Positions 18,920-27,840 of a stretch of DNA of 32,000 nt are shown one piece after another (position 1 is the first letter of the stretch; the number at the start of each line of letters is the position of its first letter). The stretch is from NCBI RefSeq assembly GCF_016918855.1, contig NZ_JADKYB010000007.1:373623-405622 (forward strand), in the 5' to 3' direction. A program made the translations under genes and the position numbers. The notes below the pieces were generated by a model. The model was not told where the DNA came from. It was given only the letters and a program-made list of their open reading frames with translations, and made no database searches. This DNA comes from Actinacidiphila acididurans. Its GTDB lineage: Bacteria; Actinomycetota; Actinomycetes; Streptomycetales; Streptomycetaceae.

Positions 18920-19435
18920 TCACGGGGCGTCGTCGTCGGCTTCCGCGAGGGCGCGGGCGATGCGTTCGTTGTCCTGCGTCTGCCGTCCTTTGACGACCTT
19001 GGCGTAGAAGAGGAAGAGCACGGCGACGCTGTGGCCGGCGCGGCGGGCGACCTCGGTGGGTTCCACTCCGGAGCTGAGCCACAGGGAGACTCCGGCGTGG
19101 CGGAGGGAGTACGGGACGTCGGCGAGTGGTGTCTTGGCGTCCTCCGGGGTGAGCGCCTTCTTGCGGGCTTCCTGCCACACTTCGCCGTACTCCTTGGAGA
19201 GCACGTGGCCGCCTTCCGCGGCCCGGAAGAGACGTCCGTCCGGGGCCGTGCCGTGCGCTTCGAGATGATCGCGCAGGAGCTCGACGAGGACGGGCGGGGT
19301 CGGGATGGAGCGGGTCTTTCCGCGAGCACGGCGTTTGAGCCTCTCGGACGAGTGCCGGCCTGTCGACCGGGAGATCCCGCCGACCGAGGAGGCGTCCGGG
19401 CCTCGATCTTCCTCGTCGTTGACCTTTACGAACAC
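18920..19435 (-). pseudogene. Tyrosine recombinase/integrase, C-terminal fragment only
   Basis: The fragment carries SIPTPPVLVELLRDHL, the HxxR box YSLRHAGVS, and GHSVAVLFLFYAKV with the catalytic Tyr. The N-terminal SAM-like domain and the first catalytic Arg region are missing. An in-frame stop lies just upstream. Confidence 0.75.
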
Positions 19436-19741
19436 CGCGAGGGCATCCGCCCCGGCGCCGACCCCGAGTCCTCAATGGTGGCCGCCATAGATGACGCGGC
19501 CCGCCTCCGCGGCCGGGCCTTCAAACGCATCATGTTCCTGGCCGGCGACGACGTAGTGGAAGCCGTCCACCCCCTCAACGCGGTTGCCGTGGAAATCACT
19601 GGCAGGCCCTGGGCAAGACGCCGGGCACCTTGGACGAGTGGCGGCCCCGCCACCGCAGGGCCTTCGCGGCGCTCAACGCCTTCCACGAGGCTGCGCGCGC
19701 GGACCTCGGCGTCGGCGGCACCCTCACCGGCGACACCCACC

Positions 19742-20415
19742 CCGGGGTGCTGCTCGCCCTCGGGGGGTTCTGCTCGTACTCGCGCTCTTCGACGACCGTT
19801 TGGAGAGCTTCGAGGTCGGGGGAGCCAACTCAGGCTTCGTGCGGCTGCCGCGGATACGTACGTGCTCGCGGAGGAGGCCGAGCGCCGAGGGGACAGCACC
19901 ACCGCGCGCCGTCTGCGGGCGGAGGCCCGGGCCCTGCTGGGTGTGGCCGAGCCTGCGGCGGCCGAGTACCGAACGGTGCGCGATCGGATGGCCCCCGGGC
20001 CCGAGCGCACCCGGGCTCTGGAGGAGGTCGTTTCCCGTGCGCGCCGTCAGGCGGAGCAGGAGCGGTTCGAGCCGGCGGAGGTCCTGCGCTGGCTGCGGGA
20101 GGGAACGAGGAACAACGTTTCACCGCCTTGGCTTTGATGCAGGCCAGAGGCGAGTTGCGGGAATTCGAGGCGGTGCTCGACACCATCGGGCACTCGTACA
20201 GCGCTTTCGAGCAGTACCACGCGATGCGGCTTGCTGCGGATATGACCGACGGTCTCGACGCTCGGCAACTTCGGCGGCTTGTCGAAACGGTCACCTCGCA
20301 GCGCGGGTGCAGGTTCCACCCCGGCGGGGATCGGTGGCTGCTGAGCGAGGAGATCCTCCGGAAGGCCGGCGCTGGGACGAGCGACGCCGAGGCAGGGAAC
20401 GACTCGTCCAGGTGA
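19742..20415 (+). pseudogene. Frameshifted, 5'-truncated duplicate of the 17692-18492 gene
   Basis: Homology to 17816-18492 can only be read by switching frames at least three times, with 1-nt indels near 19765, 19825 and 20105. Similarity ends about 12 nt after the shared stop. Confidence 0.72.
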
Positions 20416-20712
20416 GGTGGAGCCGTGCATCAGCGCAGGCCTTCGGTCTTCGCCTGTCCGATGGTTTTCCGCGGGCGTACGTCATCCGCACGAGCGCTCA
20501 GGTAAACGAGCGGTCGCTCAAGTCAACCGGCCGTCACACCAGATACGGGACGGTGAGTCGCGCGTCCATGGCGGCTCGGCCGAGTCCGAGGCCATCCGCT
20601 ACATCGAGCCACCGGCGGAATGCGCTGACGTGCGGTGTTGCAGCGTATTTCACTGGTTGCTTCCCGACCGGCGCCGCGTTACTCGCAAGGTGCGGGATGA
20701 TGCCCGGAGCGG

Positions 20713-21177
20713 TCACGCGACAGGCTTGCGGCCGACGTGGGCTTCGTAGCGGTATTCGGCCTCAAGTACGGCGACGACCACGTCAAGGTCGCCGGACGCG
20801 AACTCCCAGGGGTCTTCGATGGTTTCTCGGACCTGCGACACCCATCCGCTGCGCGGGACGCGGCATTCGAGCCAGGGGGTGCCGACCGGGTGGCTGGCAA
20901 CGCAGACCCTGCCGGTTACACCATGCCGCACCAAAAGTTCCTCGATCCATGCGCTGACGGCTTCGGGTGCGGATTCATCGGACAGGGTCTCCAGCGGTTC
21001 GATGAAGATGTCCCAGAACCCCCAGGTAGTTTCATGGATCCAGGCAGGTGCCACGTCGGCGTCCAGGGTATTTCCGGTGAGCAGGCCGGACAGCTTCTCG
21101 CGGATTTCATCGAGCCGCGCTTTCTCGCGATGCTCCCTGAGTTTCCGTTGAAGCCTAGTCTCCTCCATGGCATCCAC
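20713..21177 (-). CDS. Candidate orphan immunity protein
   Basis: This 154-aa acidic ORF overlaps the 3' end of the orphan Rhs tip. The alternative start is MEETRLQ at 21168. The assignment rests on position only. Confidence 0.5.
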   Translation of the reverse strand: MDAMEETRLQRKLREHREKARLDEIREKLSGLLTGNTLDADVAPAWIHETTWGFWDIFIEPLETLSDESAPEAVSAWIEELLVRHGVTGRVCVASHPVGTPWLECRVPRSGWVSQVRETIEDPWEFASGDLDVVVAVLEAEYRYEAHVGRKPVA

Positions 21178-22320
21178 CTTGCGTGTAATGGAGATGATGC
21201 TTGGGCAGGATTTGCTTGTAGGGCCTGCCCTGCATGTTCACATCTCGCGGTTCTCCTTCGGGTGCCCGGCCTGCGTGGAAATGCGGATACGGTGCCCTGG
21301 GATCGGAGGTGTGTTCGGCGACGACCCGGGAGCCGTGCGGCGTATCGTAATGGTAGTAGCGGCCCCATCCGGCCCGTGGATCCTTGCCGAATTCGGGGTC
21401 GTAGTACTGGCCCGGGAAGCGGAGGGGCGTGCTGGTGGTGCCACGACGGCTGTCGGTGGTGTTGCCCCACAGTGTGGTGCGGGCTTCCCAGACCGTGGTG
21501 CCCTCCGGGTTGAGCAGGTGAGTGGGGGTGCCGACGAGGTCGGTGATGATGGCGAAGAGGCGGCGGTCGATGTCGTCCTGTTGGCTGTCCGGTGGGGCGA
21601 GGCGCTCGCTCTGGGCTATGGGGTGGTAGCCCTGGCGGTCCCAGGTGAGGCTGTAGGGCCCGGGCAGGTGTGGGCTGTGAGCTGTCTGTTCGGCGAGGTC
21701 CGGACCGTCCCAGGTGAAGTCGGTCCACTCGGTCATGTGGGTGCCGTCGCCGCTCATGTGGTTCTTGGCTGTTCGGCGGCCCTACGGGTCGTGGGCGTAT
21801 GTCCAGCGTTCGCCGTCAGGTGTCGTCACGGCGACCAGACGGTCCTCACCGTCCCAGGCGTACCTTCCAGGTGTCGGTGCGGCCGGAGAGGGTGGTCTCG
21901 CGGCGGGTGACGACGCGGCCGTGGCCGTCGCTACTCGTAGCGGATTCGGCCCGCGGTACGGATGAGGGTGCCGGTATACGTGCGCTGGCCTCGCGCGGTC
22001 TCATCACGCTGGGTCGGCCAGTCGGCTTCGGTCACGTTGCCGAGAGCGTCGTATGCGTAGGTTTCCGTCCAGTCGGAGGCGTGTGCCGCGGTGATCCGGC
22101 CGGCTCGGTCCGCGTCGAAGCGGCGCATCGCTCCTTGGTCGATTACGGGCCGCCACGGTCCCGTTCGGGCGATAGGCGTAGGCGCCATGGTGGAAGAACC
22201 CCCGTGGCCGATTCGTGGGTGAGACTCTGCACGGTGAGGCGGTGAACGGCGCACTGCAGACTCCCGAAGGTGACCTCAAAGCCGCTCGCGTCCCCCGGGG
22301 TGGGCGAGCTGTCGAACCGT
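21155..22320 (-). pseudogene. Orphan, degraded Rhs core fragment with a distinct C-terminal tip
   Basis: YD-repeat and core homology to Rhs2 is visible (ITAAHASDWTETYAYDALGN; TWDRQGYHPIAQSERL; IDRRLFAIITDLVGTPTHL; PLRFPGQYYDPE). It is spread over at least three frames with internal stops. It has no N-terminus and starts right after the imm2 stop. Confidence 0.72.
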
Positions 22321-22322
22321 CA

Positions 22323-23078
22323 TCAGTTCGCGTAGTCCCGCACGTAGGTGGCGATCAGGCCGAGAAGGGCGTCGGCCCGGTTCCGGTCCTCGTGGTGGGC
22401 GCGCAAGGCCTCGTCGGCGGCGCGGAGGCGGGTCAGGGCGGCCGGTTCGCCGTCCACCACGTCGTCCACCAGGGGCGAGGTGACCAGGTCCAGGCATTCG
22501 GTCAGCAGCCGGCGGGTGACAGGCGACGGCGGGTCGGTGTCGGGTTCGGCGTACGCGGTCGTCAGGTGCTGCGCGGGGTCGGTGAGGCTCCAGCCGACGA
22601 CGGTGCCGTGCTGGGCGAGGAGCGCCACGTCGGGGGCGATGCCGATGCGTGCCTCCAGCGGCTCGTCGAGGACATCGAGGTCGCGCAGACAGATCAGCAT
22701 GGCGTCCCCGGGGGCGCGGCACAGCACCGTGCACGTCTCGTGCCGGAAGTCACGGACCTCGTCGGCGTGGAGTCCACCCTGGCGCAGGGCGGGCATGACG
22801 GGAAGGCGGGTGGAGGTCTCGGCGTCGGCGGACACGTACGGCATCTGGAGTTCGGCCCCGACCAGCTTCCGGCTGTCCGGATCGAACCGGAACACGTCGG
22901 GGGTGTCCCACAGCAGGTCCTGGCTGCCGAAGGTACGCGCGAGGAAGCGCTCATGCTCCTGTACGTCCGCATTCAGCGTGATATCCACGGAGTCGCCCGT
23001 GAAGCGGGGGGTGATGTGCAGCGGATCGTCCGTCACCGTTGCGCGCCAGTTGTCGCCGAACGACAGTTTCGTGGTCAT
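22323..23078 (-). CDS. Candidate cognate immunity protein for the Rhs2 tip
   Basis: The start MTTKLSF at 23078 lies 7 nt after the Rhs2 TGA (TGAGGCGGGAATG). The product is a 251-aa acidic cytosolic protein. The assignment rests on position only. Confidence 0.6.
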   Translation of the reverse strand: MTTKLSFGDNWRATVTDDPLHITPRFTGDSVDITLNADVQEHERFLARTFGSQDLLWDTPDVFRFDPDSRKLVGAELQMPYVSADAETSTRLPVMPALRQGGLHADEVRDFRHETCTVLCRAPGDAMLICLRDLDVLDEPLEARIGIAPDVALLAQHGTVVGWSLTDPAQHLTTAYAEPDTDPPSPVTRRLLTECLDLVTSPLVDDVVDGEPAALTRLRAADEALRAHHEDRNRADALLGLIATYVRDYAN

Positions 23079-23085
23079 TCCCGCC

Positions 23086-26000
23086 TCACCTGATCTGCCG
23101 TGCTGGGGCCATGTAGCCGTCCTCACCGGGAATCCTGCCCTGCACGATGTCCTCGTGGGTCACCGGAGCACCGGGGTCCGTCGGACTGCCACCGAGCGCG
23201 TTCGCGCCGGATTCGCCCTTTATGCCTGAGTCGCCGTAGGCCGTGATGGCCTGACCCTGCTTGGAGCCAGGACCATAGACCACGACGATGTCATTGTTCT
23301 TACGGAAGATGAAGTTTCCTGCCTGGCCCGATGACTGGTACACCGCATCAGGGTCCTTCAGGATTTTCAGTACCTGTTCGTCGGTGAAGCCGTGCCGCTC
23401 GTCCCCGTGGTACTTGGGGTGCTTGTTGATCTCACCGTTCCGTGCCCTCTCGGCGACGTCGTCCAGGATCTTGTCGACCCGCTTCTGTGCCTTCTCCTCC
23501 TTCGTGTACTTGGGCATGAGGCCCAGCGGGTCGCACCCGCTGTGCGGGTTGTCCACGTACGCGAGGGGATTCGGGGCGGGAGCCAGGCCCAGAGGGTCCG
23601 GCGAGGTGTAGCGACCGGTCTCAGGGTCGTAGTGGCGGAAGAGGTTGTAGTGGAGGCCGGTCTCAGGGTCGTAGTACTGGCCCGGGAAGCGGAGAGGGGT
23701 GTAGGCGCTGCCGCCGCGGGCCCATGCGGTGCTGCCCCACAGCGTGGACCGGGAGCGCCATGCGATGTCACCCGACTCGTCAATCAGTTCGGCAGGGGCG
23801 CCGATGAGGTCCGTGGCGATGGCGAAGAAGCGGCGGTCGATCTCGTTCTGTAGGTCGTCTGCGGTGAGGACGCGCTCGGTCTGGGTCAGGGGGGTGTGGC
23901 CGCGGTGGTCCCAGGTGAGGGCGACCGTGTTCGGTTGGTCCGGTCCGTGACTGGTCTGCTCGCACAGGGTCAGGCCGTCCCAGGTGAACCGGACCTCCTC
24001 GACCACGCTCTCGCCCTCGGCCGCCAGACGCTCTTTCGCGATGCGGCGGCCGAGCGGGTCGTAGCGATACCTCCACCGGTTCCCGTCGGGAGTGGTCACC
24101 GAGGTGAGGCGGTTCTCCGTATCCCACGCGTAGCGCCACGTGTCCGGCTTGCGGGAGAGGCGGGTCTTCTGCCGCAGGATGACCCGGCCGAGGGGGTCGT
24201 GCTCGAAGCGGACGTCTCCGGCGCGGGTGATGGTGGTGCCGGTGTAGGCGCGCGGTCCGGTGGCCTCGCTGCCGGGGTGGCCGGAGGGCCAGGATGCCGA
24301 GGTCTGGTTGCCGGCGTCGTCGTAGGCGTACCGCTCCGTCCAGCCCCGGGCGTGGACGGCGGTCACTCGGCCCCCGCGGTCGAGATCGAAGGTGCGGGTG
24401 CCCGACAGCCTGTCCACGACAGAGGTCAGCCGGCCATCGACGCGATAGGAGTAGGCGCGGCTGTTGACGTCGCGGCCCCCGGCTGTGATCCGCCGCGCGG
24501 CGAGCCGTCCGGCTTCGTCCCAGGCGGAGGTCATGCTGATCGTGTCGCCGAAGACGCGGGCGAGCTCCCGACCGGCGTCGTCGTGGGTGAAGTCGATCCG
24601 GTGACCGCCGCTGGTCAGGTGGTGGGGCAGTCCATCGGCGCCGTAGGAGTAGGAGGTGATGTGACCGGTGGGCGTGGTGCGGCGCGTGCGGCGGCCCAGC
24701 ACGTCATAGGCGTACAGGATGGCGCGGCCGTCGACCACTTCCGCCTCGGTGAGTCCGCGACGGTCGTACTGGTAGCGCAGTTCGCTGTCCGGTCCGGCTG
24801 CCTCCAGCAGGCGTCCTGCCCTGTCGTAGACGTATTCCGTCACGCGGCCGTCGACGTCCTTGCGGACCACTTCGCCGACCCGGTTGCGCTCGAACGAGAT
24901 GGTGCCGCCGAGCGCGTCGACGCGGGCGGCGAGTCGGCCTGCGGCGTCCACCCGGTAGGTGAGGGTGCGGCCGTCGAAGTCGGTCTCGGAGACGACGTTG
25001 GCGGCGGCGTCGTACTCGTAGGTCCAGGTCAGTCCTTGCGGGTTGATGACGCGGGTGAGGCGCAGCTCGGCGTCGTGCTCGAACTCGTAGCGGGCGCCGT
25101 CGGGTCCGGTCCGGGCGGTGAGCAGGTCGAAATGGGTGTACTCGAAGCGGGTGACGCCTCCGGCCGAGTCGGTGTGGGTGAGCAGGTTGCCCTCGCCGTC
25201 GTAGGTCCACGTCTGCGTGGCGCCGTCGGCGGCGACGCGGCGTGCGAGCGTGCCTTCGGGGGTCCATTCCAGACACTCGGTGACGCTCAGGGGATCGGTG
25301 ACGGCGGTGGGGCGGCCGAAGGCATCGCGGGTGTAGGTGGTGACCGCGCCGAGGGGGTCGGTGATCTGTGCGGGGAGTCCGGCAGCGTCGCAGGAGATGA
25401 CCGTGGTCTGGCCGAGGGCGTTGGTGATGGTGGCGGGGCGGCCGTGGTCGTCGTAGCCGTAGCGGGTGACGGCTCCGGTGGGGTCGGTCACGGCGGTGCG
25501 GTTGCCCTGGCTGTCGAATTCCTGGTGCCACACGGTGCCGTCGGGGTTGGTCACGGTGACCGGCAGACCCAGATGGTTGTAGTCAGCTGTGGTGCGCGTG
25601 CCGTCGGGGCGCATGACGGCGGTGAGGCGACTGTGCTCGTCGTATGCGTACGACGTGGTGTTGCCCATGGGGTCGGTGACCGAGGTGGGCTGGTCACGGT
25701 CGCTGTACTGGGTGTGGGTGGTGTTGCCCAGAGGGTCGGTCTCGGCGACGATGCGCAGCCGGCTGTCGACCAGGTAGCGGGTGGTGTGTCCGGCGGCGTT
25801 GACGGCGGTGGTGACGCGGTGTCCGGTGGTGGGGTCGCTCTCGTCGTAGGCGAAGGTGAGGCTGATGTGGCCTGCCTGGCCGCCTTCGGCTATGCAGCGG
25901 TCCTGGTCGTCGTAGTGGTAGTCGTAGCGGCGGTTGTTGGAGTCGGTCCAAGAGGTGACGCGGGCGCGGGCGTCGTACGTCAACTGCAGGGTGGCGCCGA

Positions 26001-26958
26001 CGGCGTTGGTCACCGTGGTGAGGTTGCCGTCGGTGTAGGAGTAGCGGCGCAGTTCTGTGTCTTGGGCGTGCAGGGCGGTGATCCGGCCGTCCTGGGTGGT
26101 CAGGGTGAGGTGGTAGCCCGCATGATGGCGGATGCCGGTCGGGGCGCCGGTGGCGTCGTCGTACGCGAAGGCGATCCAGTTGCCGTTGCGGTCCGTGATC
26201 TGGTCCAGCAGCGCCACGCCCGGGTCGTGTGCGGAGCGGCTGAAGTGCCGGGTGTGGCCGGTGCCGGGGTCGTGGACCGTCCAGTCGCCGTCTGCCGTAC
26301 GGGTCAGTGGCCAGCGTGGGCCGTCGGCCGGCAGAACCGGTTCACCGCCCGGCTCGGGATGCCCGTACGGCAGGAGCATCCCGTCCTCGGTGACGAATAC
26401 GACGCCGGCGTCGTCCACTTCCAGGCGCTGGTCGGCGGTCGAGGACCAGGACGGGCCGAACCAGCGGCCCACCCGGTAACCGGACTCCACTCTGCGGGTG
26501 AAGACCAGCGGCAGGACTCCGGGCAGGACGATGTCGGTCTGCGGCAGGAACATCCGGCCGCTGGCCATGTCGACCGGGTCGCTGCCGCCGGAATTGACCG
26601 AAGAGGGCGGCCGTGTGCTGGCGTTGGGATGCTGCTCGTTGACCTGATCCCGGGCCCGCGTCGTCGGGCTTCCGGTCTCCGACGGCGGCACAGGGGGGTG
26701 GGCGTCCTCGTGGGGGAGGTGCCCTTCGTCGCTGACGTCGTGGGGTGCGTGGACGGAGGGCTGTTTGGTGTCGCGCATGAGGCCGCGCAGGGCTGTCTCG
26801 TGCTTGAGGTCGGCTGCGGTGGTGTCCTCGGCGATGCCGGTCAGGTTGTGGCCGGTGGAGTGGTAGAGGTCCCCGACCGCTTTGCCGGCGTCCTCGCCCA
26901 GGGTTTTGCCGAGCTTGGTGGCGGCGTGTTCCAGGGCTGCGACGATGCGGTTGGTCAC
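23086..26958 (-). CDS. Rhs/YD-repeat polymorphic toxin (Rhs2), intact at 1290 aa, with a small RNase-like tip
   Basis: The GTG start at 26958 overlaps the helper stop as GTGA. A plug is present (DPVDMASGRM, RWFGPSWSS), followed by continuous YD repeats. The core ends PLRFPGQYYDPETGLHYNLFRHYDPETGRYTSPDPLGL...YVDNPHSGCDPLGL. A 143-aa tip follows at 23086-23517. Confidence 0.9.
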   Translation of the reverse strand: MTNRIVAALEHAATKLGKTLGEDAGKAVGDLYHSTGHNLTGIAEDTTAADLKHETALRGLMRDTKQPSVHAPHDVSDEGHLPHEDAHPPVPPSETGSPTTRARDQVNEQHPNASTRPPSSVNSGGSDPVDMASGRMFLPQTDIVLPGVLPLVFTRRVESGYRVGRWFGPSWSSTADQRLEVDDAGVVFVTEDGMLLPYGHPEPGGEPVLPADGPRWPLTRTADGDWTVHDPGTGHTRHFSRSAHDPGVALLDQITDRNGNWIAFAYDDATGAPTGIRHHAGYHLTLTTQDGRITALHAQDTELRRYSYTDGNLTTVTNAVGATLQLTYDARARVTSWTDSNNRRYDYHYDDQDRCIAEGGQAGHISLTFAYDESDPTTGHRVTTAVNAAGHTTRYLVDSRLRIVAETDPLGNTTHTQYSDRDQPTSVTDPMGNTTSYAYDEHSRLTAVMRPDGTRTTADYNHLGLPVTVTNPDGTVWHQEFDSQGNRTAVTDPTGAVTRYGYDDHGRPATITNALGQTTVISCDAAGLPAQITDPLGAVTTYTRDAFGRPTAVTDPLSVTECLEWTPEGTLARRVAADGATQTWTYDGEGNLLTHTDSAGGVTRFEYTHFDLLTARTGPDGARYEFEHDAELRLTRVINPQGLTWTYEYDAAANVVSETDFDGRTLTYRVDAAGRLAARVDALGGTISFERNRVGEVVRKDVDGRVTEYVYDRAGRLLEAAGPDSELRYQYDRRGLTEAEVVDGRAILYAYDVLGRRTRRTTPTGHITSYSYGADGLPHHLTSGGHRIDFTHDDAGRELARVFGDTISMTSAWDEAGRLAARRITAGGRDVNSRAYSYRVDGRLTSVVDRLSGTRTFDLDRGGRVTAVHARGWTERYAYDDAGNQTSASWPSGHPGSEATGPRAYTGTTITRAGDVRFEHDPLGRVILRQKTRLSRKPDTWRYAWDTENRLTSVTTPDGNRWRYRYDPLGRRIAKERLAAEGESVVEEVRFTWDGLTLCEQTSHGPDQPNTVALTWDHRGHTPLTQTERVLTADDLQNEIDRRFFAIATDLIGAPAELIDESGDIAWRSRSTLWGSTAWARGGSAYTPLRFPGQYYDPETGLHYNLFRHYDPETGRYTSPDPLGLAPAPNPLAYVDNPHSGCDPLGLMPKYTKEEKAQKRVDKILDDVAERARNGEINKHPKYHGDERHGFTDEQVLKILKDPDAVYQSSGQAGNFIFRKNNDIVVVYGPGSKQGQAITAYGDSGIKGESGANALGGSPTDPGAPVTHEDIVQGRIPGEDGYMAPARQIR

Positions 26959-27700
26959 TGGAAGTTCACCCCGGCGAGCTTGGTCTGCAGGGTTGTGGCG
27001 TGGCCGGTGACGGTCTCGGCGTGGCCGTGCATGGTGGTGGCGTGGAAGGTCAGCATGGACGGGTGGATCTCGAAGCCGGGGCCGACGTCCCATCCGTCGG
27101 TGTCCACGCCGAGGGCGTCCTCGGTGGCCTTGAACATCAGCCCGCCCGCCGCCTTGCCGACGGCTTCGACCAGGGGGTCCAGGGCGGCTTCGATGACCTC
27201 GGCGATGATGTACTGGGTGAGCTGGTCCTCCAGGACCTGCACGGCCTTCTCGGCCAGCTTCACCGTCGCCGCTGCCGCCGCCTCGGACAACCCCAGCGTC
27301 TCCACCGCCGCGGCCTGCTCCGCCACGAACGCGGTTGCCAGGCCGATGAGTTCGGCGATGCACTGGCCCTTCATCGTCACGATGACGCCCGCGGCCACGT
27401 CCAGGGCGGTGGCCACCCCGTGGCACAGCGACACCAGTTCGGTCATGTGCGTGGTGGACTTCTCGCCCCACGCGGCCAGCAGCGCCTCGTAGGAGGCTCC
27501 CTTGTAGTGCGCCCCCAACTGCGTGACGGTGGCCGTGGCCTGCTGGTGGGTGGTGTCCACCGCCGAGGCGAACTCCCGGAGGTGCGAGGCGAACTCCCGC
27601 ACCTTGTCCTCGTTGACGTTCGGCCAGCTGATCCCGACGACGCTCAGGAACGACACCACCGGCCCCGGCAACTCGATCGCCACAAGCCCCCCAGGCGTAT
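26711..27700. repeat. Right arm of the inverted repeat of about 1 kb
   Basis: It is the reverse complement of 11638-12628, with scattered substitutions. Confidence 0.85.
26955..27683 (-). CDS. ESX/T7SS-substrate-like helical protein, second copy (putative Rhs2 helper)
   Basis: It is near-identical to 11656-12384. The preferred start is the GTG at 27683, where homology begins. The longest ORF starts at 27731. Confidence 0.7.
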   Translation of the reverse strand: MAIELPGPVVSFLSVVGISWPNVNEDKVREFASHLREFASAVDTTHQQATATVTQLGAHYKGASYEALLAAWGEKSTTHMTELVSLCHGVATALDVAAGVIVTMKGQCIAELIGLATAFVAEQAAAVETLGLSEAAAAATVKLAEKAVQVLEDQLTQYIIAEVIEAALDPLVEAVGKAAGGLMFKATEDALGVDTDGWDVGPGFEIHPSMLTFHATTMHGHAETVTGHATTLQTKLAGVNFQ

Positions 27701-27840
27701 ACGGCACGCAAGACTCGTACGAGCGCCACACTAAAACAGATGGCAGCCGGCTGTCCGAGTCCTTCGACGGCCGATCCCATCAGTCACGGGCTGAGCCGGT
27801 CCTGCGGGGGCTTGCAAGCCGAGGCCATGCAGGGGGGCTC

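Noticed and set aside
20430-20712. The 60-aa ORF 20534..20716(-) and the overlapping plus-strand ORF 20417..20749 between the pseudogene and the orphan immunity gene
   Set aside because: Codon-position GC is ambiguous in both frames. I found no start context or RBS and no recognisable motifs. These are probably decayed spacer.
21381-21400. EcoRI (GAATTC) and BamHI (GGATCC) sites 5 bp apart in very GC-rich DNA, which resembles a cloning polylinker
   Set aside because: The surrounding sequence is continuous with the orphan Rhs reading frame and contains no vector-like sequence. This is most likely coincidence at the recombination junction.
48-27492. Very long antisense or shadow ORFs from the track, for example 48..1664(-), 122..2371(+), 1839..3395(+), 2368..4002(+), 4348..6561(-), 5578..7023(+), 6713..8404(-), 9008..11251(-), 13626..15632(-) and 23896..27492(+)
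   Set aside because: They overlap better-supported genes on the other strand or in another frame. Their products are Arg/Pro/Gly/Ala-rich with no motifs. These are typical stop-codon-poor artefacts of high-GC DNA.
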